A stretch of DNA of 64,000 nt from Schmidtea polychroa (lineage: Eukaryota). Shown one piece after another: positions 9,055 to 20,800 of this stretch (within the stretch, counting starts at the first letter, position 1; each line of letters opens with the position of its first letter). The stretch covers positions 17,608,001-17,672,000 of the forward strand of contig CM097886.1 of NCBI GenBank assembly GCA_044892525.1, in the 5' to 3' direction. The notes under the pieces are model-generated. The model was not told where the DNA came from. It ran no database searches and saw nothing but the letters and a program-made list of their open reading frames with translations. Position numbers and translations under genes: made by a program.

Positions 9055-12000
9055 ATGATGAATGTGGTAAAAACCGACGAGTATAAAGAAAAATTTAGAG
9101 GCGAACCGTTTAACGGGAATGCGAACAAGTTGGCAACGTTCATAACCAACTTTGAAGTCTATATCGATGTGTGTGGATGGACGTCCGAAGCAATTAGCAA
9201 ACGGATGCCGTTGTTTTTATGTGATAGCGCATTAGAAGTGTACTTAGAAGCTAAAGAAAGAAATACGAAGTTAGACAATTGGGAAAGCATCAAAACATTT
9301 TTGAGGAAAACCTTCGGAGCCAGCAAACCAATAAATCAAGCCCTAGGAGAATTAGCGAGTAGAAAACAAAGAGCAAATGAATCCATAACGTTATATGCGA
9401 GTGAATTGCGAAGATTGGCAAAGAAGGCCATGAACGGAAACTTGCCGGAGGAAAATCTAATTGGTTACTTCATAGAAGGACTGCGCCGAGAAGAGGTAAG
9501 GGCCTCGGTGGGATGTCAAATGTGTAAAACACTAGAAGAAGCCATAGATTTGGCCACAAGATGCGAACTACACCTCCCAGCACAAATGAATGTCATGCAA
9601 GAGGAGGGAAGAATCGCAACAGCAACGGTGAAAACGGAAAATGGAGATAACAACAATCATGAACCCAAGATGAATCAGTTTATACCAGGAGCACATCAAA
9701 TCTTCAAACCACCACAAGGACGATCAAACGGGAATAACAGTGAACGCAACAACTCGAACAATGGGAACAACTTTAATAATCGACGAAATATGAACGATAA
9801 CAAACAATGCCGAACATGCGGTAAACCAGGACATTGGGATAGAGATTGTTACCGAAACGCAAATTGCAATAGGTGTGGACGACGAGGACACACGGAAAAT
9901 ATATGCCAATTGAGAGGATGTTTTAACTGCGGTCAACCAGGTCATATCTCAAGAGACTGTCGAGAAAGGAGCCAACAACAACGACCACCACAGCGAAATA
10001 ATAACTATGCACCGAATCCGCAACGACAAAGTAATCCTAGTGAGGGAAAGCAAATGAATGTGATGCAAGAAATTTCACAAATGAAGCAGATGATGCAACA
10101 AATGATGAGACCGAGACAAGAGCAAGTACCACAACAAACCCAGAATATACGCATGATGAGGAGCACCGAGAATCTTAACAATTATGAAGTGCAACAACAT
10201 GCACAAGAATGGCAAAGACTACAAGCTGAAGAAGAGAGGATAAAAAGAGAGCGAATTCAGCAGCGACAAGAACAACCATTACGAATAAATATGATGAGAA
10301 TGGTAAGGGAGATAAAAGAGCAATATTGTTACAATTACGGTAAAAATCCAAGAGTTGTACCTATGAGCGAACCAGAGAAACCGAAAGAAACAATTACAGC
10401 AGCAAAAAAGGAAAATTCAACAACACCGCTAAAAGGAAATCAGAGAATTCAGAAAATATTTTGGAAAAAGATAAAAGATAAAATCGAAAGAGAAAATGAG
10501 AAAACAAAAACAGAAGCAGAAGCAGAAAATAACGAAAATGAAAAACAGATTAATCATCTAAATCATGATATGATACGAGAATTAGACTCAGAGGAGCTAA
10601 CGATACTCGAGAACAAAAAGTTAAAGAAAGTACCAAGAATGAGAAATTTACGAATTAATATGATGAGGACAACAAAGAAGGTGTTGTCAACAGATGACGA
10701 TGAGGATTATGTGAGTAGCCTTGGTGGAGAAATGTTACAGTTAAATGAAAATATCGACCAACTAAGAGAAAAGATCGGAGCAGATGAGGATGAAAGTGAA
10801 AGCGACGTGACAAGCGAAAGCGAAGACGGGAATATCGAAACGAAATTGAGAAAAGAAAGAGAAGAAGCGATAAAACAAGTAAAGGAAATACTTCCAGTGG
10901 TGGTAAGAAACCAGGAATTCATTGACATCATACCATACAGACGCTTCATACAAAAGATAATGAAACTAGAAAGAAACGAAAAAGATCTAATACCAAACGA
11001 GGAAAAAGCGATAATAAAGAAGTATATGGAAAAAATGAAACAAGCGGAGACAACACGCTATGTAATAAAAATCGGAACGAGTAAAGGACTCGAGAGAATA
11101 TGGATAAAAAATGCAGTTACAGACGATCTTTTCGATTGGATAAGAGAACATTTGGGCAGCTCGAGAAAGAAAGAATACCTGTATCAATATCAAGGAGAAC
11201 AAATCAAACCAGACATGCACCTAATAGATGCATTGATCTGGCCAGGAGAAACTCAAATATTGAAATTGCATAAAGAGAAGCAACCAGCAAATATTCACGA
11301 ATGGGCTAAAGACGCCAAGGCCGAGTATGACTTTAACATCAAGCTGAAGCTGGAACAAATAAAACAATGCACCTTGCGACGAAATCTAGATAAATTAATC
11401 AAACAAATCCAAGAACAAGTTGAAGATAACTGGGATTTGCTCATAACAAGACGAACTGCGGACATGCATGAACTAATGAGCCGACTGCGAGATACAGAAC
11501 TGCTCCGAATGAGTGATTGGAGAACCATAAATTTGATCCACAAATATGGAAGGTTGAAAGAAACGCAACCGCAGAAATTAGAAATAACCATATGGTTACC
11601 AAACGAGGAGAAACGACGAATAAAGATGAGTAATCAGAGTACGGTGGATGACTTAGTAACCAAGATAAACCAAGAGATAACGGAAAAAGTACGAAGCGAG
11701 AGTAGCGACGGGATGATAGATGATGTAGTCCTGATGTACGATAAAATAATATTTCGGGCCGAAGATGACACCTCGCTAAGCGAAATGGGAATGTGGGATA
11801 ATCATCAAATCATCAGAATATTGCCCATGGACGAATTCCGAACAAGAGATGTAACATACCAGAAAGAGATACGGGACAGGATGAAAACGCTATACCAAAA
11901 ATCAGTGGAGATAATTGAAATTCATCAACAATGGCTAAAGGAAAAAGAGCTTCAAGGGAAAATAAAGAAACTGAGTACTAGATCCTGCAGACGAACCCCG

Positions 12001-14886
12001 TGGGAAAGGATGTGGAATGCGGAAAACAAAGAATGGGAAATCAGGAAAGGGATTTTCGTAGAAACAGACATTGGTGAGGCAGAAAGTGAATCAGAGGAAG
12101 AGGAAGATGAACCTCCAAAATACGAAGAGGACGAAATAGAATCGATATCGGACGACGAAAGCGAAACGGATGTTACGTCAGAAAGTGAAACGGAAACCAG
12201 ACATATTCATGCGATGAGAAAGAAAGAACGCGAATATGCCGATATGGACAGCGAAGAAGCGATGGAAGCTCGAGAACGAGAAGAGAAGGAAAGATATAAA
12301 CAATTAGGTGATATCTTAGCAACGGGAGCAAAAAATCAAAAACGTCAAGTAATAGCATTGGCTAACATCATCCTAAAGACATCAGAGAATATCCACAATC
12401 TAAGAGAAATGGCGAAAGCGATTGAGGAATACCGACAATATAACGAATGGTACCCAGAACAGCTAGAACAAATTATTAGGAAATGGAGAAACCAAGAATG
12501 GGCACAAGATACCCAGGAAAGGTATCGCATCCGAGTCAAGTACCCCGACAAGAGCATTGAGGATATAGAAGTACATCCAACAACCAAGATCAGAGAATTG
12601 AAAAAGAAATTAGCATACGAAACTCCATTTCACCTACAACTATTCGGAAAATCGTTGGATGATAATGCAGATGTCGGAATAACACCCATGAGATTGGGGG
12701 AGATCAATGTATTGACAATGGCAGAAACATTGGGAAAACCGATTAAAAGGAAGAGCAAATCCAGTAAACCTACGAAAGGTAGCTTGAGTACACCAAGCCC
12801 TAACAAAGTGGCGAGTAAATCGAATGAAACCGAGGAAATCGAGGAAATTATATTGGAAGACAGCGATGAAGGAGCTGGAGAAAGATCACCAATTCTGGTA
12901 AGATGGCCGACAGGAGCCGAAATGTGGACAACAAGCCAACCATCAACTAGCTATCAACAACCAAATAAGCTGAACATAGAGGAAATTGTCGATAATACGA
13001 CAGAAACCGAAATTGACGAACAATTTCAACGACAAAAAGGACCAACGAAAGCAATATCCGAAGGTCAAACGGACAAAATAATAGACGAATGGAATGAGTG
13101 GTTGAGAAACAACGATAGCTCATTGCCAAGAACAGATAACGAGAGAAACCCGAATTATGAAACGACAAGAGAAGCTGGAACAATGATGGAGAAACGGGCA
13201 AAAGGAAGACCCAAGAAGCAAGGAGAAAAACCAGAATTTAAAACCAGAGAACAACTGAAACAAGAACAAGGACAAGTCAGATTAGAGAAACTGGATAAAA
13301 TAGTGTGGGATCTAAAAGAGACCCAGCCAACAATCGAAAGAGGCGAAAAATGGATACGAGAGCTAGTAAAAGATATGCTAATAATAACGAACCCACAATT
13401 GCGACGATTATGGCAACGAAAAGTAGCAAGCGTAGATGCCAGACAGTTATGGAATACAATATCCGGAATAATTCCGAAATTAATCAAAGAGAAGACAAAA
13501 ACCACTAAAACCGATTGGGAAGAGACAAGAAGAGTAATTGAACAATTAACTTTAAACGCAAACGACGACGAACATCATTTAGTAGTATTAACGTATCTAA
13601 TGTACAATTTGATGGGATTAGCAGCAAGGAAAATACCTAACAAACAATTCGCAAATCATGTAGAAATGACCGTTACAATCATTGAAAATACAATCGAACC
13701 ACATATTATCCGCGCCGGTGGGTGGAAAAGACTCATACAAGCGCCACGAAAAAACGAGCAAGAGAGATCAATGCAAATTCGGTTGAAGAAATTGCTAAAC
13801 GAGCTGGAATGGGAATTGCCATTGAAAGACCCAGCCAGCAGAAAAGCGTCGATTAATTCACTAATGATGACCATGATGATATGGATGCTCTGCACCAGTG
13901 GAGCCGCGGGATTTACCATTTACGACTGTGACAATTCGATAATAGGAGAAAGGTACTCCCTGAGAGATATAGAGGAATGTAGACAGGCATCTCCGAATAA
14001 ATTAGATATAGTAAAAAAGAAAGTCTCCTATCACGTATACCAAGAATCAGATTTCATTAGAACGCAAGCTAGAGAATGCGTAGTATCGAAGAAAGTGTTG
14101 GCATATTACTGTGGACAATACTCATATTCAACCCTCATATTACCTGGATTAGATAAAGAAATAGTACCTATACAACGGGAAGACTGTAAAGAGCTTTTTA
14201 GAACCGGAGCGATGAGAATCAGGGATGGAGTAACAATACACGGACAAAGCGGAATGATCAAGACAGAAAGTATCTATGTCGCCGGACGAGTAAAATCAAC
14301 TGATGGATCATGTAACGGAGGCACATATACGATCAGAGGGGAGGTGATATCGGGAGTAGTAGTAATTGAGTCCTACACAGTAGAATTGAAGGAATATGAA
14401 GCACAATTCGACGCAAACAACTATCAAATGAAAACCAACCCAGCATGCAGAGCTACGGAAAACGTGTGTAGAACGGGAATTTCGACTATAATATATGAAG
14501 CTAACACCCAAAAATGCCGACTCCAATTGTTAAAAAGTGCCCTATTCAATGAAGTAAAAGGAGAAATTTACGAAAACGAAGACGACGATGAAGAGAATGG
14601 AAACGTAAGGATGCGAAATGGGAAACCAGTTCCACCATCCCCCAAAGAAAAGAGACTCACAACCCAAAAAACACCAACGGCATTAATTACAGATGATCCA
14701 GATATCGGTATGAGATTCATCAGAGAAAAAGAGACTACCAAATGTGACAGCATAGTATATCGGACGAACTACGCAGGTATCTACATGTCAAGGCAAGTAA
14801 TAGACCGAGCAGTGGGAAAGGTAGCAACAGAGGACGTAAAATTGTACCTGTACGCCAATAACAAAATGGACTTTTTATTTCATTGA
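9055..14886 (+). CDS. gag: E1 polyprotein, N-terminal part: Gag capsid, 3 CCHC knuckles, Ubl domains, Bcl-2-like domain, first half of envelope glycoprotein
   Basis: Retrotransposon capsid motifs (EPFNG..., Q...ESI..Y...LRRLA); CX2CX4HX4C x3 at 9808-9960; signal-like segment then FTIYDC at 13912. Ends at an in-frame TGA (14884-14886) where E2 has Arg. Confidence 0.92.
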   Translation: MMNVVKTDEYKEKFRGEPFNGNANKLATFITNFEVYIDVCGWTSEAISKRMPLFLCDSALEVYLEAKERNTKLDNWESIKTFLRKTFGASKPINQALGELASRKQRANESITLYASELRRLAKKAMNGNLPEENLIGYFIEGLRREEVRASVGCQMCKTLEEAIDLATRCELHLPAQMNVMQEEGRIATATVKTENGDNNNHEPKMNQFIPGAHQIFKPPQGRSNGNNSERNNSNNGNNFNNRRNMNDNKQCRTCGKPGHWDRDCYRNANCNRCGRRGHTENICQLRGCFNCGQPGHISRDCRERSQQQRPPQRNNNYAPNPQRQSNPSEGKQMNVMQEISQMKQMMQQMMRPRQEQVPQQTQNIRMMRSTENLNNYEVQQHAQEWQRLQAEEERIKRERIQQRQEQPLRINMMRMVREIKEQYCYNYGKNPRVVPMSEPEKPKETITAAKKENSTTPLKGNQRIQKIFWKKIKDKIERENEKTKTEAEAENNENEKQINHLNHDMIRELDSEELTILENKKLKKVPRMRNLRINMMRTTKKVLSTDDDEDYVSSLGGEMLQLNENIDQLREKIGADEDESESDVTSESEDGNIETKLRKEREEAIKQVKEILPVVVRNQEFIDIIPYRRFIQKIMKLERNEKDLIPNEEKAIIKKYMEKMKQAETTRYVIKIGTSKGLERIWIKNAVTDDLFDWIREHLGSSRKKEYLYQYQGEQIKPDMHLIDALIWPGETQILKLHKEKQPANIHEWAKDAKAEYDFNIKLKLEQIKQCTLRRNLDKLIKQIQEQVEDNWDLLITRRTADMHELMSRLRDTELLRMSDWRTINLIHKYGRLKETQPQKLEITIWLPNEEKRRIKMSNQSTVDDLVTKINQEITEKVRSESSDGMIDDVVLMYDKIIFRAEDDTSLSEMGMWDNHQIIRILPMDEFRTRDVTYQKEIRDRMKTLYQKSVEIIEIHQQWLKEKELQGKIKKLSTRSCRRTPWERMWNAENKEWEIRKGIFVETDIGEAESESEEEEDEPPKYEEDEIESISDDESETDVTSESETETRHIHAMRKKEREYADMDSEEAMEAREREEKERYKQLGDILATGAKNQKRQVIALANIILKTSENIHNLREMAKAIEEYRQYNEWYPEQLEQIIRKWRNQEWAQDTQERYRIRVKYPDKSIEDIEVHPTTKIRELKKKLAYETPFHLQLFGKSLDDNADVGITPMRLGEINVLTMAETLGKPIKRKSKSSKPTKGSLSTPSPNKVASKSNETEEIEEIILEDSDEGAGERSPILVRWPTGAEMWTTSQPSTSYQQPNKLNIEEIVDNTTETEIDEQFQRQKGPTKAISEGQTDKIIDEWNEWLRNNDSSLPRTDNERNPNYETTREAGTMMEKRAKGRPKKQGEKPEFKTREQLKQEQGQVRLEKLDKIVWDLKETQPTIERGEKWIRELVKDMLIITNPQLRRLWQRKVASVDARQLWNTISGIIPKLIKEKTKTTKTDWEETRRVIEQLTLNANDDEHHLVVLTYLMYNLMGLAARKIPNKQFANHVEMTVTIIENTIEPHIIRAGGWKRLIQAPRKNEQERSMQIRLKKLLNELEWELPLKDPASRKASINSLMMTMMIWMLCTSGAAGFTIYDCDNSIIGERYSLRDIEECRQASPNKLDIVKKKVSYHVYQESDFIRTQARECVVSKKVLAYYCGQYSYSTLILPGLDKEIVPIQREDCKELFRTGAMRIRDGVTIHGQSGMIKTESIYVAGRVKSTDGSCNGGTYTIRGEVISGVVVIESYTVELKEYEAQFDANNYQMKTNPACRATENVCRTGISTIIYEANTQKCRLQLLKSALFNEVKGEIYENEDDDEENGNVRMRNGKPVPPSPKEKRLTTQKTPTALITDDPDIGMRFIREKETTKCDSIVYRTNYAGIYMSRQVIDRAVGKVATEDVKLYLYANNKMDFLFH

Positions 14887-17800
14887 GGACAAACGACAAT
14901 GCAAAAAGTGTATTACGATCTTATACAAAATGACTGTTCATTGAATAAAGAGATACTAAAAACAAAATTAGCCATCGCAATAACACACCCAGATAACACA
15001 ATGCCATCACTCCCGTTACCGGATGGACATTTTGGTAGAATGGTGGGAGAGGTAATGTATACATATGCATGTACCAAGACATTTGCGCGACTGCCAAGAA
15101 AGCCCACAATTCCACCAGGGAAATGTGCAAACGAATTGGAAATTAGCTACAAAGGGCGGAACAGATTCGTTCAACCCGTCACTCGAATTATGAACCCAAT
15201 TGGATTTTATCCGAACACCTTTAATTGTTCAAATGCATACGGGCCATTATATGAAAAACCCGATGGGAAATGGATAATGTTACCGGTAAAAACCGAAGTA
15301 CAAGAGCCTAAAAAGTTTGGATTAATAGAACTCGCAACAGAGCAAGATTTCAAACCAATTGATGTGTCAAAAGCAGGTATGTACTCACCAGAGGATTTAG
15401 AAACAGCACGACTAAACGTACTATTCCCAGCAAGGCGAGAATCCATTCTATCGAATATGGTTACCATAACTGGGGGAACGAATTTCCAGTCAGGCCCCAA
15501 TTACGAACTATTATTGTCACCCGATCATTTTCAACAAGCCACGTCAAACATGATGAAAGCAATGTGGGAAAGATTTCTAGTGTTCGGTCAAATGATGGCA
15601 GGAATATTGGGAATCATCTTAATTATTCAGATTGTCAGAGTGATATTGACTCAAATGTTAGCGTGTTTTGATATCTATAAGAGAGAAAAGAAAGTAAATT
15701 GGAAGTTGATAGTAGGTTTTCTACCATTTTTGGCAAAAACAATGGTGTTGCACGGTCATTCTAAAGATATACACAGAATAAAACGATTAATCAAAATACT
15801 GACAAAAATAAAAGGGACTGACGAGGAGGTCGGTAGACGATTTCGGAAAACAATGTATGATGAAGCAACGAGAGCGCAACTAAAAAAGAACAAACCAAAA
15901 TTCCTAGACAGATTTAGAAATCGATCAAACAGCAGCGATAGTGATGATGATGATAACGGGAATGACAAATACCCGTATCCAAGCAGAAACCCGAACGAAA
16001 GGCAAATAGAAACAGCACCATTTTGGGAGAAAGAAAAAACAAATACCTGGATAGCCAACGGAAGTTATATACCACCAGATATCGTTGGACAACAAACAGC
16101 TTTGACCATGACACAAAATATGTATCCACAGTTACCAAGTCAACCAGGGATGAACTATATGCCGACCCGAAGAACGAAAAGTGTAGACCAAGCTGATGAC
16201 GTCAGAACAATAGCAGTAATGAGTTCACCAGGAGGAGCAGCAGTAACAGTCATGATCCAAATCAACGGGAAAGAGACAAGCGCAATGATAGATACCGGAG
16301 CAAATGTATCAGCAATAGCAATAAACCAAATACCCAGTAAATGTTGGAAAGACATCGAACAAACAACTATCCATATCATCGCATGCAGTAAAGAAACCGT
16401 AGACGTGGTAGGAAGATGGTGGACTACGTTACGATATCAAGATAATGAAATTGAAACGTATCTAGCGGTGATACCCAAACTGAGTGAACCATGTATAATC
16501 GGAACGGATTTAATGCCGGAATTGTTCAAGGAAGTAGTAATTGATTTAACAACAATGTGTCTAAAAGACAAAATGGGTAGAATATGCAAGATGAACGCAA
16601 TAATTAGATGCCCGGAGAAAATAATTGTACCCGCAAAATCACAGATGATATGTCAAATAAAAGTGGATGCAGGAATGGAAGGGGAAGTCATTTTTGAGCC
16701 AAGCAAATCATTCGAAAAACGACGAGAATTACCATTAGCAAGAGAAATAATAACAATAAATGAAGACGGGGAAATACCAATCAACATCACAAATTTCGAG
16801 GAAGAAGATAAAATCATATATGAAAATGAAAGATTGGGTAGATTGACACCCATGATAGACATCGAATTACCAAAAATCACCAACGAAACAACGAAAGCTG
16901 ACGAATTATGGATAATTGATAGCACCTTGCTAACGGAAAAAGAAAAGGAAAGACTTCAACAATTATTGATAGAATATAAAGATATATTCGCAATTTCGGA
17001 TTTAGATTTGGGAGCATGCGATGTTACATTACACGCAATACCATTAATAGACGAAACTCCAATCGCACTACGTCCATACAAACTAGCAGAGAAGCAAAAA
17101 GAGATAGCCGAAACAGAAGTACAAAAAATGCTAGATGCACAAGTGATCGAACCAAGTTGTTCGCCATGGCAATTTCCAGTAGTCATGGTGAAGAAAAAAG
17201 ATGGTACTCAGAGATTCTGTATCGATTATCGGAAACTAAATGCAGTAACAAAAAGAGACACATACCCGTTACCAGACATCAATGAGATGTTACTTATGTT
17301 ACAGGGGGCCGCATATTTTACGTCTTTAGATCTGAAAAGCGGATATTGGCAGATCAAAGTCAAGGAGGAAGACAAAGAGAAAACAGCATTCACATTGGGC
17401 CGAGATCTATACCAATTCAGGAAAATGCCATTTGGACTGACCAATGCCCCAGCATCATTTCAGAGATGTATGAATTTCGTCACGCACGGGATCAAGCAGT
17501 GTATGGTATATATTGATGATTTATTAATATATTCAGCAACATTCGAACAACATTTGGAAGACATTAGAAACGTGTTCATCCGATTACGACAATGGAAATT
17601 GAAACTCAAACCATCAAAGTGTGATTGGGCAAAAGAGAAAGTTACGTTCTTAGGACACATAGTGTCAGCAAAAGGCAAAGAACCAGACCCAAGAAACATA
17701 GAAAAAATAAAAACATGTCCAGCACCAAAAACTGTCACCCAAGTCCAAGAATTTCTCGGATTATGCGGATATTATCGAAAATTCATCAAAAACTATGCAG

Positions 17801-20800
17801 GTATTGCGAAACCAATACAGGAATTAGTGAAAAAGGATATTTCATTTATTTGGGGTGCAGAACAACAAAAAGCATTTGAGACATTGCGAGATAAATTAAT
17901 TGAAGCCCCAATACTAGTACATCCTGATTTCAAGAAACCGTTCTTATTAGCAACAGATGCAAGTGGATATGCAGCCGGAGCAATATTAGGACAACTGGAT
18001 GAAGAAGGAAAAGAAAGAGTGATTGGATACTACAGCAGAACGTTTAAAAAGCACGAGAAAAACTATTCCGTAACCGAGAGAGAAGCGTTAGCAATTATAC
18101 AAGCGATTAAACATTTTCGATATTTGTTATGGGGACACGAAATATGTATCACAACGGATCATCAACCACTAGTATGGCTTGGTCAACACAAAGAAGCTTC
18201 AAGTAGATTGATGCGATGGGCAATGCAGTTACAAGAATATTCACCGTTCATAAAATTCAAAGCGGGAAGAGCGAATGCCAATGCGGATTGTATGTCCAGA
18301 TTTATCTTTCCAGATTTAGTAGATCACGAAATGCAACGAATATGTCTGATGGTAGCAGAAGATTTAGATTTTTGCCAATTACGGAAAGACCAACAAGAGG
18401 ATACAGAGTTGAAGCAAATCATTGAGTATGTGAAAACAGGGAAAGCAGAGGTATATGAGAAAGATCAAAAATTGAAGGAGCATATGGATAAACATCGACA
18501 TCGATATATTATCGAGAAAGACTGGTTGTTGATAATGGATGGAGAAAAAAGACTGATGTGCATTCCCGAGAATAGACGTAAAGAGCTGCTAACACAATAC
18601 CATGACGGAAGACTCGGAGTACATATGTCATCTAAAAAGACGTTGGCACGAATGAAACAAAAGTATTTTTGGCCTACATTGACCGAGGATGTAACAGAAT
18701 GGGTAAAGAACTGTATAACTTGCGCGACCAGAAAAAACACGGGAACGAAATGGAAGGCACCATTAAAGCCAATGCCAGTACCAGCGGAACCAATGACAAT
18801 GCTATCAATGGACGTAGTCGGTCCACTACCAGAATCAGATAGAGGAAATATATATATATTGGTAATCACAGATTATTTGACAAAATTCCCCGAAGCATTC
18901 GCAATGGCAGATCAGAAAGCAAGAACAATCGCGAAAATACTAGTAGAGGAGATATGCTGTCGATATGGAACACCAAAACAGATATTAACTGATCAAGGAA
19001 CAAATTTCATGAGCGAAATAATGAGCGAAGTCACCAACTACTTCAAGATCGCAAAATTAAGAACATCACCGTACCATCCACAAACAAATGGTATGACAGA
19101 AAGATTCAACGGAACCTTGATCCAGATGTTATCAAATTATGTCGATCGTCATCAACGAGACTGGGATGAATATATAAAATTATGCCTAATGGCTTACAGA
19201 ATGTCGATTCACGCGTCCACAAAGATGAGTCCGTTCAAGTTGATGTACGGCAGAGAATGCAATATGCCAATGGATTTGGAGTATCAGCCACCAATATCAC
19301 AGTATATGGAAATAGATGATTATGTAACCAAGTTCAAGGAAAGAATGCAGGAAATCTGGGAAACTGCAGGATTGAATATAAAATTTTATCAAGAAAGTTA
19401 CAAAGATCTACATGATAGAAAGAAAAACGTCAAACAGCATACGTTTCAAACAGGCGACTGGGTGATGATCGAAACACCAGAATTAATTCCAGGAACCACC
19501 AAAAAATTACAACGAAACGGTAAAGGTCCGTATGAGATTCTATTCATCGGAGAAACCAATGTGAGAGTACGATTGGTAAACAACCCCTTCACGAGGCCAA
19601 TATATGTAAATGTGGCACGATGCAAGCCAATTCCGAAAACCGCCACCAGTCAGCCAGAAGGACGAACATTAACAACAAGATCACAAACGTATAGAATAAA
19701 TATGTTACAACAGATAAACGAACCAACAGGTAACCGATTGGGGTTACAACCATCAGAAGCAGAGAAAATCATAAAGGAAGTGAAAGCTAAAATGCCCGGA
19801 TGGGCAGAAGACAGATTAGATTTTGAGATATTGGGAGGTCTGCTAACAATGATCGAAAATTATGCAAACCGAGAAAGAACACACCCATTACTCAGGGTAG
19901 TAAAAAGTCAATGGCCTATATTATTTACGATCACAGACCATTATGGAGATACACCGCTGCACAAACTTTTAAAGGTCGGGAATAATGAACAAATACTGGA
20001 AACGATCGAAGCATTTCGCGACTGTAACATTTCGACGGATCAAGAAAACAACCAAGGTTACACTCCACTAATGATAGCAGCCAATCGGGATAAAGCTAAA
20101 GATATTATCATCGCATTACTTGAAACTGGGTCAAAGATAACCACACAAGACCACAACCAGAAAAATGCACTACATCATGCAATCGAAGGGAAAAGTACGG
20201 AAGCCTTCATAATCTTAGTAGATCTATTATCATATGAGGATCATAGGGAGATAGGAAACATGTATGACGGGCTATTAACTGCAATCAAAGAGAAATTAAT
20301 AACAATTGCTGGATTACTAATTGCATGGAGGAACCCGATCAAAAACGATTATATGGTAGATATAAACGAAACATTTACCAAAGGAGAAAACACCTTGATG
20401 AGAGAAGCGATGAGAGGACATCACCTATTCGAAATTCCAAATCAACTACTACAACGTGGCATAAAGTTTTCAAATCACAAAGACGAACAACTAATCAGAA
20501 AACGAATTACCAAATTCGAAAAAGCTATATCTCAATTTACCGATAAAGTACAAGTAAAATTTTGGGAAACCGTGAGTGTATTATATATGATGGAAACTAT
20601 GAACAACATTCGAGAAAACTACCTAAGTATTATTCAAGTGCTTACGGCGGAAGAACGCATTAACAGTTCAAACAAGAAAAAGATAAAAATAAAGAAAGTA
20701 AAAACAAGAGAGTCTGAGGAACAAGTCGATCAAATAATAACCGATATAGCAACAACAAGTAAACCAAAGATAATAAACTCAGACCAGGAGATAATAATAC

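Noticed and set aside
18601-18625. Integrase zinc-finger GGH changed to GVH in E1
   Set aside because: A single missense change that leaves the His/Cys ligands intact; too little to call inactivation.
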